Assembly (NCBI GenBank): GCA_050695655.1
Contig: JBOGTU010000077.1
Coordinates: 20,397 to 84,396 of the forward strand
From: Chloroflexota bacterium
Lineage (GTDB): Bacteria > Chloroflexota > JAJPGV01
Direction of reading: 5' to 3'
DNA: 64,000 nt
Shown here: one piece after another, positions 1 through 10,296 of the stretch
Layout: every line of letters begins with the position of its first letter
How positions within the stretch are numbered: position 1 is the first letter of the stretch
Notes under the pieces: model-generated
Seen by the model: the letters and a program-made list of their open reading frames with translations, nothing else
What the model was told of the DNA's origin: nothing
Database searches by the model: none
Made by a program: the position numbers and the translations under genes

Positions 1-782
1 ACCGTGCCGGCCCCGCTGCTGGCTGGCGCCACGAGCGTGTTAGGTGATCCAGGCGTGGGCACGTTGGTGACTGTCCAGCTCGATGCGTCGGGAATGCGTG
101 CATAGGTCTGCCCCGGCTGGGTGAGTGCTGGCTGCACGCTGTCCACCGGGTTGCCCGCGGCATCCGTGAGGGCGACGAGGGGCGCGGCAGCCAGCTCCAG
201 CAGCGTCTCGTGCTTGTACAGCACCAGGTAGCCGTGGCTCGACACCGCCGTTCCGTGCGGCAGCACCGCGCGCACTCCACCGGCGGAGATGGTCCAGCCC
301 GAAGCGTCTACCCCTCCCGCAGGGGCGAACAGCTCCACCCAGGTCTCGCCCAATGGCGATCCCACGGCGCTGCCCGGCACCACGGCCGTGAGCACTTCAT
401 TGATGAGCAGGCGCCCTGCCGCGGCGGCCGCTGCCACTGGTGTTGGCGGAGAGGTCGGTGAGCTGGTCGGTGCGGTCGCCGCGCTGATGGTGGGAGAGGG
501 TGTTCCCTGCCCACTCGTTGGCTGAGGGGCTGGTTGACCTGGCACCGGGGTCGGGGTGGCCGGAGTGGGTGGCGGAGCGGTTGCTGTGGCTGGCGGGACC
601 GTTCGCGTTGATGTTGGTGTGCTGTTGAGCTGGATGGTCGCGGTAGGGCCTGTGCTGGTCGCCGTTGGCGTCGGCGTGCAGGGAAAGCACGCCTCCGCCG
701 CCGCGGGCAGCACGGCCCCGAGCGCGAGGCAGAGCGCCACTGGCGCCCAGCCGCTGGCACGGATCCCTGGAAGCCGGCCCAT
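1..782 (-). CDS. Secreted lamin-tail-domain (LTD) protein, 3' end outside the window (partial). Not in the ORF track.
   Basis: Manual translation of the minus strand from ATG at 782..780 gives MGRLPGIRASGWAPVALCLALGAVLPAAAEA (signal peptide), then a Pro/Thr-rich linker, then LLINEVL...GETWVELFAPAGGVDASGWTISAGG...HGYLVLYKHE, typical of the lamin tail domain. GC3 is very high. GGGGG lies 8-12 nt upstream of the ATG and an in-frame TGA just upstream. The ORF runs off position 1. Confidence 0.6.
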   Translation of the reverse strand, partial: MGRLPGIRASGWAPVALCLALGAVLPAAAEACFPCTPTPTATSTGPTATIQLNSTPTSTRTVPPATATAPPPTPATPTPVPGQPAPQPTSGQGTPSPTISAATAPTSSPTSPPTPVAAAAAAGRLLINEVLTAVVPGSAVGSPLGETWVELFAPAGGVDASGWTISAGGVRAVLPHGTAVSSHGYLVLYKHETLLELAAAPLVALTDAAGNPVDSVQPALTQPGQTYARIPDASSWTVTNVPTPGSPNTLVAPASSGAGT

Positions 783-953
783 CAACCGTGCCCCCGGTTG
801 CACTTCGCCCGCTCGTCACAGGCGCCATTGGGCCGCCGACGTGTATCCAACCGAGCCGTGATTTAAGCACGAGTCGGCTCGAACTTCAAGCCTCTGGCGA
901 GCCCTTTGGGAACTCGCCGTAAAGCGAGCAATCTTTGACTGCTTCTCGGGAAC

Positions 954-1889
954 TTATGTACCGGCCAGCCGCCGCACAACCTGGCCAAAGGCACGCACCG
1001 CCGCTGGGTAGTCGCTGCCGCTGGGAAAGTAGGTGATGTAGGAGATGCCGTAGCGCTCGCGCTGTGCGATGAGCTTGTCCACAATCGCACTCACGCTTCC
1101 GGCTAGTGCACTCGGGGTGTCACGCCTGCTGGTGCCGCCGAATGGCTCCCGCGTTTGCCGGCCACTCGCCGGCGTCGCTCCCACGGGCCCGGGGCCGGCG
1201 CAATTGAGGCTCAACTCGATGTCGGCCAAGTGATCGCTCGCGAAGGCAGCCACCCAGCGCAAGCGGCCGTCCAGGACCTCATAGGGATCGCCGGGCGGGC
1301 TGGGCACGCTGGCAAAGCTCAGGATGTCGGCCTCGCGCGACGCCAGCTCCAGCACGCGGCGCCCGTAGCCGCCGATCATGATCGGCAGGCGCGGCTGCAC
1401 TGGTCGCGGCTGCTGCTCCAGTTCCTGAATCTGGTAGTACGTGCCCGAGAAGGTGAAGCTCGGCTGGCGCAGCAGGCCTTTGACCACGGCGACATATTCA
1501 GCGAAGCGTGCGAATCGCTCGGCGAAGGGCTCGAAAGCAATGCCCACCTGGGCCTGCTCCCGCGGCACCCAACCCGTTCCCAGCCCCAACTCCAGCCGGC
1601 CGCCGCTGAGCAGATCCACCGTGGCCGCCTCCTTGGCCAGCACGGCCGGGTGCCGCCACGCCTGGTTGATCACCAGTGTCCCCAGCCGGATGTGCGAGGT
1701 GGCCTGCGCAGCCGCCGCCAGCGCCGGCAGCGGGCTCAAAAACGGGGCAAAGTGATCCGGCGCCAGCAGCACCGCGTAGCCGATATCCTCCGCCATCCGC
1801 GCATGCTCCATCCAGGTCCTTGGATCCTGGAGTCCGAACCCCGCCCCGGCCTGAATGCCAAATCGAAACGGACGGGTCGTGCGCATCAA
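954..1889 (-). CDS. Luciferase-like monooxygenase (LLM) family oxidoreductase, probably F420-dependent
   Basis: 311 aa. Has the LLGTLV...LELGLGTGW motifs characteristic of the LLM/F420-dependent oxidoreductase family. Confidence 0.75.
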   Translation of the reverse strand: MMRTTRPFRFGIQAGAGFGLQDPRTWMEHARMAEDIGYAVLLAPDHFAPFLSPLPALAAAAQATSHIRLGTLVINQAWRHPAVLAKEAATVDLLSGGRLELGLGTGWVPREQAQVGIAFEPFAERFARFAEYVAVVKGLLRQPSFTFSGTYYQIQELEQQPRPVQPRLPIMIGGYGRRVLELASREADILSFASVPSPPGDPYEVLDGRLRWVAAFASDHLADIELSLNCAGPGPVGATPASGRQTREPFGGTSRRDTPSALAGSVSAIVDKLIAQRERYGISYITYFPSGSDYPAAVRAFGQVVRRLAGT

Positions 1890-2090
1890 GCCGGCGCAAT
1901 TCTACCTGGCCGCTGGCCGCCCGTCGAAAAGCCGCGCCGCGGCTGGAACGCCGTCCACCGCGCGGTGGCAACCTGGCGCGGTGCCCTGTTGAGCACCTGA
2001 CAGTTGTTGGCGAGACGAGGTACGCTTGCCCTGGCTGGCTGGGCGAGTGCCGGTCAGCCGGACATCGGACACAGGCGAGGAGACAAGAAC

Positions 2091-3377
2091 ATGCTGACCG
2101 CTGAAGAGAATGAGCTGTTGACGCGCACCAACGCGGGCACGCCGATGGGCGAGCTGTTCCGGCGGTTCTGGCTGCCGGCGCTGCTGCCCTCGGAGCTGCC
2201 GGCGCCGGACAGCGACCCCATTCGCTTTCGCATGCTGGGGGAGGATCTCATCGCCTTTCGCGACACCAACGGCCAGGTGGGCTTTCTGGCTAACGCCTGC
2301 CCGCACCGTGGGGCATCGCTGTTCTTTGGTCGCAACGAGGAGTGCGGCCTGCGCTGCGTGTACCACGGCTGGAAGTTCGACGTGACCGGCGCCTGCGTGG
2401 ACATGCCCAACGAGCCGGCGGAAAGCAGCTTCAAGCAGAAGATCAAGGCCACGGCCTACCCTGCGGTGGAACGGGGTGGTTTCATCTGGATTTACATGGG
2501 CCCCAGCGCCGAGCAGCCAGCCTTCCCCAACTACCAGTGGCTCAACCAGCCCGATGCCAGCTCCTACGTCGCCAGTAAGTGGCTGCAGGAATCCAACTAC
2601 TCGCAGGGTCTTGAGGGCAACATCGATTCCGCGCACGTGGGCATTCTGCACCGTACGCTGGCTCATCCCGTCTTCACCTCCGGCAACCTCCAGAGCGCGC
2701 AGGACGTGACTGTGGCCAAGGAAACGGAGTTCGGCTTCGTGTACGGCGCGCGCCGTCCCCAGCCGGACCAGAGCTACTACTGGCGCGTGACCACGTTCAC
2801 CATGCCCACCTTCACCCAGATCGCCAGCCAGTCCCGCGCGGGCGGTGGCCTGTTCGTGCTGCCACAGGACGACGAGCACAGCTGGTGGTTCACTATCAAC
2901 CCACCACGGCCGCCTGCTGGCGCTCCCGGTTCGCGGGACGCCGATTTCGGTGCGCTGCTCTCCGGCACCTCGATCGCCGATCCGGCCACCCTGGGCCTCA
3001 TTCCCGGCACCTTCAACCGCGTGCGCAACAAGAGCAACGACTACATGATCGATCGCCAGATGCAGCGGACCTTCAACTACACCGGCCTGCCCGGCAACCG
3101 CCCACAGGACCAGGCGGTCACCGAATCAATGGGCCCCATCTACGACCGCCGCAGGGAGCACCTTGGTACCAGCGACACCGCCATCATCCTCATGCGGCGC
3201 TACCTCATGCGGCTGGCACGTGACCTTGAAGGTGGCCAGCGGCCAGCGATGCTGACCTTTCCCGACCGCTTTCGTACCATTCCCATGGCCGTCAACTCGC
3301 CCGAGGGCGACTTCAACACGCTGTGGGATACGCACTACGATGCGTTTGCGCGGGAGTTGAACCTCACCCTGGGATAG
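2091..3377 (+). CDS. Rieske [2Fe-2S] non-heme iron oxygenase alpha subunit (phthalate dioxygenase/VanA/KshA-like class)
   Basis: Rieske motif CPHRG...(16 aa)...CVYHGW. Mononuclear iron motif NIDSAHVGILH. Start moved to ATG 2091 (MLTAEENELL), preceded by aggcgaggagacaag as RBS. The longer ORF from 2004 has no better support. Confidence 0.8.
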   Translation: MLTAEENELLTRTNAGTPMGELFRRFWLPALLPSELPAPDSDPIRFRMLGEDLIAFRDTNGQVGFLANACPHRGASLFFGRNEECGLRCVYHGWKFDVTGACVDMPNEPAESSFKQKIKATAYPAVERGGFIWIYMGPSAEQPAFPNYQWLNQPDASSYVASKWLQESNYSQGLEGNIDSAHVGILHRTLAHPVFTSGNLQSAQDVTVAKETEFGFVYGARRPQPDQSYYWRVTTFTMPTFTQIASQSRAGGGLFVLPQDDEHSWWFTINPPRPPAGAPGSRDADFGALLSGTSIADPATLGLIPGTFNRVRNKSNDYMIDRQMQRTFNYTGLPGNRPQDQAVTESMGPIYDRRREHLGTSDTAIILMRRYLMRLARDLEGGQRPAMLTFPDRFRTIPMAVNSPEGDFNTLWDTHYDAFARELNLTLG

Positions 3378-3475
3378 ATGCTTCGAGGGCCATGCAACCC
3401 CGCGGGCCAGGCGGTGCATAGTACACTCTAGGCTCGTGCGCCCGCGCATGGCGCAGCAGGAAAGGACACGAAAAG

Positions 3476-3667
3476 ATGGGCGCACTCCCCAAAGAACGCA
3501 TCCCCAAGGCCAAGCAGGGCAAGCGCCGCAGCCACTTGCACCTGGCAACGGTTCATCTGGTGAATTGCCCGCGCTGCCGGGCCTTGAAGCTGCCGCACCA
3601 CGCCTGCCCGGAATGTGGCACCTACAAAGGCCGGCAGGTGATCAAGGGCAGATCCGCGGAGAAGTAG
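3476..3667 (+). CDS. rpmF: 50S ribosomal protein L32
   Basis: 63 aa. RRSHLHL...CPRC...CPECG zinc-ribbon pattern of bL32. Confidence 0.85.
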   Translation: MGALPKERIPKAKQGKRRSHLHLATVHLVNCPRCRALKLPHHACPECGTYKGRQVIKGRSAEK

Positions 3668-3671
3668 CCCT

Positions 3672-4601
3672 TTGCCCCATACGGCCCTGCTGTTTCCCGG
3701 CCAAGGCAGCCAGTTCGTTGGCATGGTGCGGAACGTGTACGATGCCCTACCCGAGGCGCGGGCCGTGGTCGATCGAGCCGATGACATCCTCGGCGTCGAC
3801 CTCTCGCGCCTCATGTTTGAGGGGCCAGAAGCGTCCCTCACCCGCACAGACAATGCACAGCCAGCCATCTTTGTGGCCAGCGTCGCGCTGCTGCGCTGCG
3901 CCCAGGAGGCCCTGCCGGATGTGAGCTTCGTGGCCGGGCACAGCGTGGGCGAGTTCAGCGCGCTCGTCGCCGCGGGGTCTTTGGGGTTTGAGGAGGGCCT
4001 GCGGCTCGTGCGGCGCCGGGGCGAGCTGATGCAGGGCGCGGATTCCGCCACGCCCGGCGGCATGCTGGCGGTGCTGGGGCTGGACGATGAGGCCATTGAG
4101 GAGGCCTGCGCCAGCGTTGCGCCGCTGGTGGTGTGCGCGGCCAATTACAACGCCCCCGGGCAGACTATCGTATCCGGTGAGCTGGCGGGCTTGGACGCTG
4201 TGACACCCGTCTTGAAGGCGCGCGGGGCGCGGCGAGTCCTGCCGTTGAACGTGAGCGCCGCCTTCCATTCACCCATCATGCGGCAGGCAGCCGGGCAGTT
4301 GCGCCAGGCCCTTGCGGAGGCGTCCCTGGCGGCCCCGCGCTGGCCAGTGATCGGCAACGTGAGCGCGCAGGGCCTGACCGCCCCGGACGATCTGCGTGAG
4401 GAGCTGGCGGTGCAGATAGCGGCGCCCGTGCGCTGGCACCGCTCCATATCCTGGGCGCTGCAGCGTGACGTTACGCACTTTGTGGAGATCGGGCCGGGTT
4501 CGGTGCTGACCGGCCTGATGAAGCGCATCGCTCCGGCGGCCAGCGCCGCGAGCATCAGCCAGTTGGAGGACATTCAGGGCCTGCGTGTCCTTGCTGGCTG
4601 A
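3672..4601 (+). CDS. fabD: Malonyl CoA-ACP transacylase
   Basis: LFPGQGSQ and GHSVGEFSAL motifs. TTG start. Confidence 0.9.
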   Translation: MPHTALLFPGQGSQFVGMVRNVYDALPEARAVVDRADDILGVDLSRLMFEGPEASLTRTDNAQPAIFVASVALLRCAQEALPDVSFVAGHSVGEFSALVAAGSLGFEEGLRLVRRRGELMQGADSATPGGMLAVLGLDDEAIEEACASVAPLVVCAANYNAPGQTIVSGELAGLDAVTPVLKARGARRVLPLNVSAAFHSPIMRQAAGQLRQALAEASLAAPRWPVIGNVSAQGLTAPDDLREELAVQIAAPVRWHRSISWALQRDVTHFVEIGPGSVLTGLMKRIAPAASAASISQLEDIQGLRVLAG

Positions 4602-5328
4602 GCGCGTGGCGGTGGTCACCGGAGCGTCCGGCGCGCTGGGCGCCGCGGCCGCGCTGCGCCTGGCGGCGATGGGCGCGGCCGTGGTGCTGAATTACCACCA
4701 CCACGCTGAGGGCGCACTGGCGTGTATCGCGGCCATTGCCGCCAACGGCGGCAAGGCGGAGGCCGTTCAGGGTGACGTGAGCACCGCTGACGGCGTGGAG
4801 GCCGTGCTGCGGAAAGCCACAGACACCTGGGGCCGGCTGGACATCCTGGTGAATAATGCCGGCGTCACGCGTGATGGGCTGGCCTTGCGCATGTCCGAGG
4901 CGGACTGGGATACCGTACTGGATACGAACCTCAAAGGCGCCTTCTTGTGCTGCAAGGCGGCGCTGCGGCCCATGCTGCGGCAACGCTGGGGGCGCATCAT
5001 TAACATCAGCTCAGTGGCCGGCATAGCCGGCAATGCCGGCCAGGCCAATTACTCCGCTGCCAAGGCGGGGCTCATTGGCCTCACGCGGGCACTGGCGCGC
5101 GAAGTAGCAGCGCGGGGCATCACCGTGAACGCCGTGGCGCCCGGCTACATCCCCAGCGCCCTGTGGGACAGCGTGCCGAACGCCGCCAAAGAGGCGCTGC
5201 TCCAGCAGATCCCGCTGGGCAGGCCGGGCACCCCCACGGAGGTTGCGGCGGCCGTCGGCTTTTTCGCGTCGTCCGAGGCAGCCTACGTCACCGGCCAGGT
5301 GCTGGCGGTTGATGGCGGCCTGGTGTAG
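4585..5328 (+). CDS. fabG: 3-oxoacyl-ACP reductase (SDR)
   Basis: VAVVTGASG Rossmann motif and NNAG; YxxxK region present. GTG start overlaps the fabD stop by 17 nt. Confidence 0.85.
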   Translation: MSLLAERVAVVTGASGALGAAAALRLAAMGAAVVLNYHHHAEGALACIAAIAANGGKAEAVQGDVSTADGVEAVLRKATDTWGRLDILVNNAGVTRDGLALRMSEADWDTVLDTNLKGAFLCCKAALRPMLRQRWGRIINISSVAGIAGNAGQANYSAAKAGLIGLTRALAREVAARGITVNAVAPGYIPSALWDSVPNAAKEALLQQIPLGRPGTPTEVAAAVGFFASSEAAYVTGQVLAVDGGLV

Positions 5329-5343
5329 CGCGGTGGCACGCAG

Positions 5344-5790
5344 ATGACCCCCCGGCGCAGGGCCCGAATGGCTGCCCTGGAAGCGCTGTTCGAGATGGAC
5401 TTCCACGAGCGCGAAGAGGACGCGCTCATGGAGGAGCGGCTGCGGGTCACCCGCCTGAGCGCCGAAAACCGCGCCTTCGCCCAGCGGCTGGTGCATGGCG
5501 TAAGAGATCACCGCGGCGCCATTGATGGCTGCATCGGTGAGGCGGCGCCACAGTGGCCCGTGGACCAGCTGGCCCATGTTGACAAGAACGTCTTGAGGCT
5601 TGCAATCTACGAGCTGATGTTTGATAATTCTGCTCCGGCCAAGGTAGCAATCACTGAGGCGATTGAACTCGCCCGCCTGTTCGGCGGTGGAAGCTCTCCC
5701 AAGTTCGTGAACGGCGTGCTGGGTGCTGTCATGGCTCAATTGGAAAGATCGTCGAATGCGGCGGAATTGGCCGCCGGGGAGGTGAACTGA
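5344..5790 (+). CDS. nusB: Transcription antitermination factor NusB
   Basis: [15 protein letters not shown]...KFVNGVLG matches the NusB C-terminal signature. Embedded between fabG and acpP. Confidence 0.8.
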   Translation: MTPRRRARMAALEALFEMDFHEREEDALMEERLRVTRLSAENRAFAQRLVHGVRDHRGAIDGCIGEAAPQWPVDQLAHVDKNVLRLAIYELMFDNSAPAKVAITEAIELARLFGGGSSPKFVNGVLGAVMAQLERSSNAAELAAGEVN

Positions 5791-6029
5791 TGGCCGCGGA
5801 TGTGTACGACCGGATGAAGAAGATCATCGTGGATCAACTGGGGGCAGAAGAGGCGGACGTGACGCCGCAGGCGTCGTTCGTTGAGGATCTGAACGCGGAT
5901 TCGCTGGACCTGGTAGAGCTGATCATGTCGCTGGAAGAAGAGTTCAACCTGGAAATCTCGGACGAAGACGCCGAGAAGATCCACACCGTGGGCGATGCCC
6001 TGGAGTACGTCCAGGAGCACACCGACTAG
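5790..6029 (+). CDS. acpP: Acyl carrier protein
   Basis: 79 aa, acidic, with the [11 protein letters not shown] phosphopantetheine-attachment motif. Start overlaps the nusB stop (TGATG). Confidence 0.9.
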   Translation: MAADVYDRMKKIIVDQLGAEEADVTPQASFVEDLNADSLDLVELIMSLEEEFNLEISDEDAEKIHTVGDALEYVQEHTD

Positions 6030-6378
6030 CTCTGCTTACGGCAGCAAACTTGTGCACTGAGTCAACGTTTGCGAGCGTAACTGGCCGTAACCATTGGCGC
6101 GGTGGGGTTCCGAGCAACATAGCCATCCTGTCGAGCGCTACCGCCTTGGGCCGCGCGACTCCAAGGGACAATGAGCGAGGCTGAAGCCCTTCCAAGGCAT
6201 CTGCATCTCGTCCGGTCTGAGACGCGGCGGCGAAGGTGGACGCCTCATTAGAATCGGAAGGTTTAGTCGGAGGGCCGCTGCGCGGTCAGCTAAAGTCGCC
6301 CGGCAACGTCCGTTCAGACTGGAAGCAGCCGCTTCTGAGGGTTGGGCGCGGGTCACTTATGGCTGTGCGGCCAAACTT

Positions 6379-7197
6379 CTAGCCAGGAGTCGGGGGTGGA
6401 ACTGCTGGCCGCCATAGGGTGTAGGCCACCACGACAGCCAAGCCGGCCAGCGGAATTGAGAGCGCGAAGAGCGCCCAGTGCAGCTGCGACCAGCCACCCA
6501 GGGCCGCGCCGCCCACGTAGGCCAGGCACATGGCCATGTACAGCACGGCACGCCGCGGCGCGGGCTGCCGGAGAGAGGTGCGCAGCAGCGAGCCAACCGC
6601 TGGGCGGCGGCGAGGCAGGCGATCTACCAGCCAGTAGCCATACTCGACCACCCCTTCGGCCATGTCGGTGAGCATCCCGGTCACGAACGTGGTGCGCACG
6701 GTGTGCTGCCCCACCCGCCGAACCGTCGCATTCTGGACGCCCAACGCCAGCGTGGGCAAAGCCAGCAGCAGGTAAAAGCGCCAGCCGTCCGCCGGCCGCC
6801 CGGACCCGTGCAGGGCTGTTTCACCCAGCGCGAGGAAGGCCACCAGGAGCGCCGCTTCCAGCATGAACACGGCGGCACGTCGCGACCGTGTCCCGTGCCG
6901 AATGCCCTGCTCGCCGAAGGCCGCACCCAGTGCTACGCCGAGCACGAAGAGGGGGATGGGGAAGGCCCGCAGAAGCACGGCGGCATAATCCCCCTGCCCG
7001 AGATGAAAGCCCAGCCTGATGCTGTTGCCACTCTGGTGACCGCTGAAGACGTGGAACATGGTGAGGTAAACGACACTGTCCGTGGCCCCGGCAATCCAGG
7101 CCAGCCACGCGGCCAGCCAGGCCTGCCCCGCCTCACGGTCCGAGCCCGTGCCAAACGAAACAGCCATCGTGTGGCTTTCCTGCAAGCGGCGGGCCAT
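6379..7197 (-). CDS. DUF1275 (YoaK-like) family membrane protein
   Basis: Multi-TM protein with the HVFSGHQSGN motif typical of DUF1275/YoaK. Divergent from ftsH. Confidence 0.6.
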   Translation of the reverse strand: MARRLQESHTMAVSFGTGSDREAGQAWLAAWLAWIAGATDSVVYLTMFHVFSGHQSGNSIRLGFHLGQGDYAAVLLRAFPIPLFVLGVALGAAFGEQGIRHGTRSRRAAVFMLEAALLVAFLALGETALHGSGRPADGWRFYLLLALPTLALGVQNATVRRVGQHTVRTTFVTGMLTDMAEGVVEYGYWLVDRLPRRRPAVGSLLRTSLRQPAPRRAVLYMAMCLAYVGGAALGGWSQLHWALFALSIPLAGLAVVVAYTLWRPAVPPPTPG

Positions 7198-7266
7198 AGC
7201 CGCCGCTTGAAGGAGTGCCGAGCGGGCACTAGGTTTGGCACGAAGGTTGCACTACTCTTTCTTGAG

Positions 7267-9504
7267 ATGGATGTCGATCCCGCGCCCGCATCCCGCCGGG
7301 GGTGGTTCATGGATGTCATCCGGGCCGCAACGCGGTGGCCGACTAAACTGAGTCGTGGGCCTGCGCCAACACCTCAGCGCGACATGCATCCCTGGATGAG
7401 AGCACAGGATCCGGCTGGCGGCCAGCGACCCAATGCGCCCCAGCCGCCACCACGCCGCGGCTGGTGGTTCAACCTGTGGTGGGTCGTGGCATTGGGCATC
7501 CTCATCTGGAACTTCAGCAGCCTGGTGAGCAGCAAACCCACCACGAATCCGGTGCTGAATCTGCCCTACAGCGTCTTCCTCCACCAACTCAACGGCGGCA
7601 ACGTATCCTCCGTGTCGTTTCAGGGCAACGACGTGAGCGGGCGGTTGAAGCAGGTCGTCACCTACAACCCCTCCAGCAGCGCTGTTGTGGCCGGCCCCGG
7701 CGCGGCAACGAGCCCCTCGGCCTCGGCCAAGCCATCGGCCTCGGCGAGCGCCAGCCCGGCGGCGTCCGCCGCGGCGAGCTCGAGCAGCCCGAAGCCGAAC
7801 CAGCAGTCCGATCGCTTCCAGACGCTGCTGCCCAGCTTTGGCGATCCCAACCTGCTGCCCAAGCTGGAGGCGCAGAACGTGCAGATTAAGGTCAACCCGC
7901 CGTCAAACCAGTCCGCCTGGCTGCTCGTGCTGGAGAACGTGCTCCCCTGGCTGCTGCTCATCGGCCTGTTCTTCTTCATGACGCGCAAGGCGGGGGCGGC
8001 GCAGCAGGGCATTTTCAGCTTCGGCAAGAGCAAGGCACGGCGTTACCAGCACGGCGAGCAACGCATCACTTTTGACGACGTGGCCGGCGTGGCTGAGTCC
8101 AAGGCCGACCTGATGGACATCATCGATTACCTGCGTTTCCCCAAAAAGTACACCCGCTTGGGTGGCCGGGTGCCGCACGGCGTGCTGCTCGTGGGCCAGC
8201 CCGGCACCGGCAAAACGCTGCTGGCGCGAGCGACCGCGGGCGAGGCCAACGTGCCCTTCTTCAGCATCAGCGGCCCGGAGTTCGTGGAGGTGCTGGTGGG
8301 CGTGGGTGCATCACGCGTGCGTGACCTGTTCGAGACAGCCAAGAAGGAAGGGCCAGCGATTATCTTCATCGATGAGATCGATGCCATTGGCCGCCGCCGT
8401 GGCGCGGGTCACGGCCTGGGCAGCAACGAGGAGCGCGAGCAGACCCTGAACCAGATCCTGGTTGAGATGGATGGCTTCGACGCAACGCACACAGTGATTG
8501 TGCTCGCCGCGACCAACCGGGCCGACGTGCTGGACCCGGCGCTGCTGCGCCCCGGCCGGTTCGACCGGCAGGTGACGGTAGACCGGCCGGATAGGACGGG
8601 CCGCGAGGCCATCCTCCGGGTGCACGCACAGCGCGTGCCGTTGCACGCCGATGTGGACCTACGCGCCATAGCTCGCGGAACACCCGGCATGGTGGGCGCG
8701 GATCTGGCCAACCTGGTGAACGAGGCCGCGCTGCTGGCGGCGCGCAACAGCGCTGATAAGGTGTCGCAGCAATGCTTCTGGGAGGCGTTGGAAAAGATCC
8801 AGCTGGGTGCCGAGCGGCCACTGGTGCTGAGCCAGGAGGATCGCCGCATTGTGGCCTACCATGAAAGCGGGCATGCGCTGGTGGCGCTCCTCTCGCCCAA
8901 CGCCGATCCCCTGAACCGCGTCACCATATTGCCCCGCGGGCACGCCCTGGGCGTGACGCTGCAGCTGCCCATGGATGACCGCTACAACTACAGCAAGGAT
9001 TACCTGATGACGCGCATCTCCGTGGCGCTGGGTGGCCGCGTGGCGGAGGAGACCATCTTCAACCAGGTCACCACTGGCGCCGAGAACGACCTGGACATGG
9101 TGTCGCGCATCGTGAAGCAGATGGTCACCCGCTGGGGAATGAGCGAACGCGTGGGCCTGCTTGTCCAGGCCGACCATCAAGGCGAGGAGCTGGGCCTGCT
9201 GGGCAGCAAGGACACCAGCGAGTATCTGGCGAAACAGGTTGACTCGGCCATGCAGGAGATCATCAAGGAGCGACTGGCCTACACCCGCGCCATGCTCAAG
9301 GAGAATGTGGAGCGGCTGCACCAACTGGCCGCGCTGCTGCTGGAGCACGAGTCTGTGGATGCCGAGGAGATTCGTAACAGGCTGGGCCTCAACCCACCGC
9401 CGCCCGATAGCCCCCCGCCGCGCGTGGAATCCATGGAAACGCCCCCTGTTACCGCGGATGTGCCATTCGTCCCCGTTGCCTCGCATAGCAAGCAGGCTCA
9501 ATAA
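7267..9504 (+). CDS. ftsH: ATP-dependent zinc metalloprotease FtsH
   Basis: Walker A GQPGTGKT, second region of homology, and HEAGH zinc site (HESGHALV). The ORF-track N-terminus (from 6478) overlaps the opposite-strand DUF1275 gene, so the start was moved to the first ATG after it. ATG 7384 is an alternative start. The periplasmic region carries an Ala/Ser/Pro-rich insert. Confidence 0.85.
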   Translation: MDVDPAPASRRGWFMDVIRAATRWPTKLSRGPAPTPQRDMHPWMRAQDPAGGQRPNAPQPPPRRGWWFNLWWVVALGILIWNFSSLVSSKPTTNPVLNLPYSVFLHQLNGGNVSSVSFQGNDVSGRLKQVVTYNPSSSAVVAGPGAATSPSASAKPSASASASPAASAAASSSSPKPNQQSDRFQTLLPSFGDPNLLPKLEAQNVQIKVNPPSNQSAWLLVLENVLPWLLLIGLFFFMTRKAGAAQQGIFSFGKSKARRYQHGEQRITFDDVAGVAESKADLMDIIDYLRFPKKYTRLGGRVPHGVLLVGQPGTGKTLLARATAGEANVPFFSISGPEFVEVLVGVGASRVRDLFETAKKEGPAIIFIDEIDAIGRRRGAGHGLGSNEEREQTLNQILVEMDGFDATHTVIVLAATNRADVLDPALLRPGRFDRQVTVDRPDRTGREAILRVHAQRVPLHADVDLRAIARGTPGMVGADLANLVNEAALLAARNSADKVSQQCFWEALEKIQLGAERPLVLSQEDRRIVAYHESGHALVALLSPNADPLNRVTILPRGHALGVTLQLPMDDRYNYSKDYLMTRISVALGGRVAEETIFNQVTTGAENDLDMVSRIVKQMVTRWGMSERVGLLVQADHQGEELGLLGSKDTSEYLAKQVDSAMQEIIKERLAYTRAMLKENVERLHQLAALLLEHESVDAEEIRNRLGLNPPPPDSPPPRVESMETPPVTADVPFVPVASHSKQAQ

Positions 9505-9600
9505 GCGTCGCTATAATCCGCTGCTGAGGGCCATGTGAGCGTTGTCGATGCCGTGACGGGCCATTCATCCCCTGCCGGGGAGGATGAACCGGAGAAGACG

Positions 9601-10287
9601 ATGACCATCCTCGAGCACCTCGAGGAGCTGCGCTTCCGCCTCACCATCTCGGTCATCGCCATTTTGCTGGGCATGATTCCCGGCTGGTTTCTGTCGGACG
9701 GCGTCATCAGCCTGCTCCGGCAACCGATTGCTGAGCTGGGCCCGTTGAACGTGCTGGGCGTGACCGGCATGTTCACACTGCGGCTCAAGGTGGGGGCGAC
9801 GCTGGCCGTATGCTTCGCCTTCCCGGTGCTGTTTTCGCAGATCTGGGCCTTCGTTGCGCCCGGCCTCACTCGCCGGGAGCGCCGGCACAGCCTGCCCTTC
9901 ATCGTCCTGGGCACGGTGCTGTTCGTGGCGGGCGTGTACACCGGGTACCGCATCGTGCCACTGGCAGTGAACTTCCTCCTCAGCTTCACGGACGCCAACC
10001 TGCGGCCCATGCTGGTGGCGGATCAGTACGTCGGCTTCGTGGCCATCGTGGCGCTCATCTTCGGTGTGTCCTTTGAGCTGCCCATGGTGCTGCTTTTCCT
10101 GTGCAGCATCAACGTCATCAGCTCTGGCTGGCTGCTCAAGAAGCTGAAGTTCGCCATCATCATCATCTTCATCGTGTCCACCATCATCACGCCGGGCGCG
10201 GACCTGGTGTCGCCCGTGGTGCTGGGCGTCATTCTGAGCGCGCTGTACCTGCTGGCCATCGTTCTGGCGAAGATCATCGGGAAGTAG
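9601..10287 (+). CDS. tatC: Twin-arginine translocase subunit TatC
   Basis: MTILEHLEELRFRL... is the typical TatC N-terminus, followed by six TM helices. GGAGAAG RBS 7 nt upstream of ATG 9601. The longer ORF from 9535 is also possible. Confidence 0.85.
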   Translation: MTILEHLEELRFRLTISVIAILLGMIPGWFLSDGVISLLRQPIAELGPLNVLGVTGMFTLRLKVGATLAVCFAFPVLFSQIWAFVAPGLTRRERRHSLPFIVLGTVLFVAGVYTGYRIVPLAVNFLLSFTDANLRPMLVADQYVGFVAIVALIFGVSFELPMVLLFLCSINVISSGWLLKKLKFAIIIIFIVSTIITPGADLVSPVVLGVILSALYLLAIVLAKIIGK

Positions 10288-10296
10288 GGCCGCGGC

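Noticed and set aside
6478-7266. N-terminal 263 codons of the long ftsH ORF
   Set aside because: It overlaps the DUF1275 gene on the opposite strand and is unlike the FtsH N-terminus. The start was moved to 7267.
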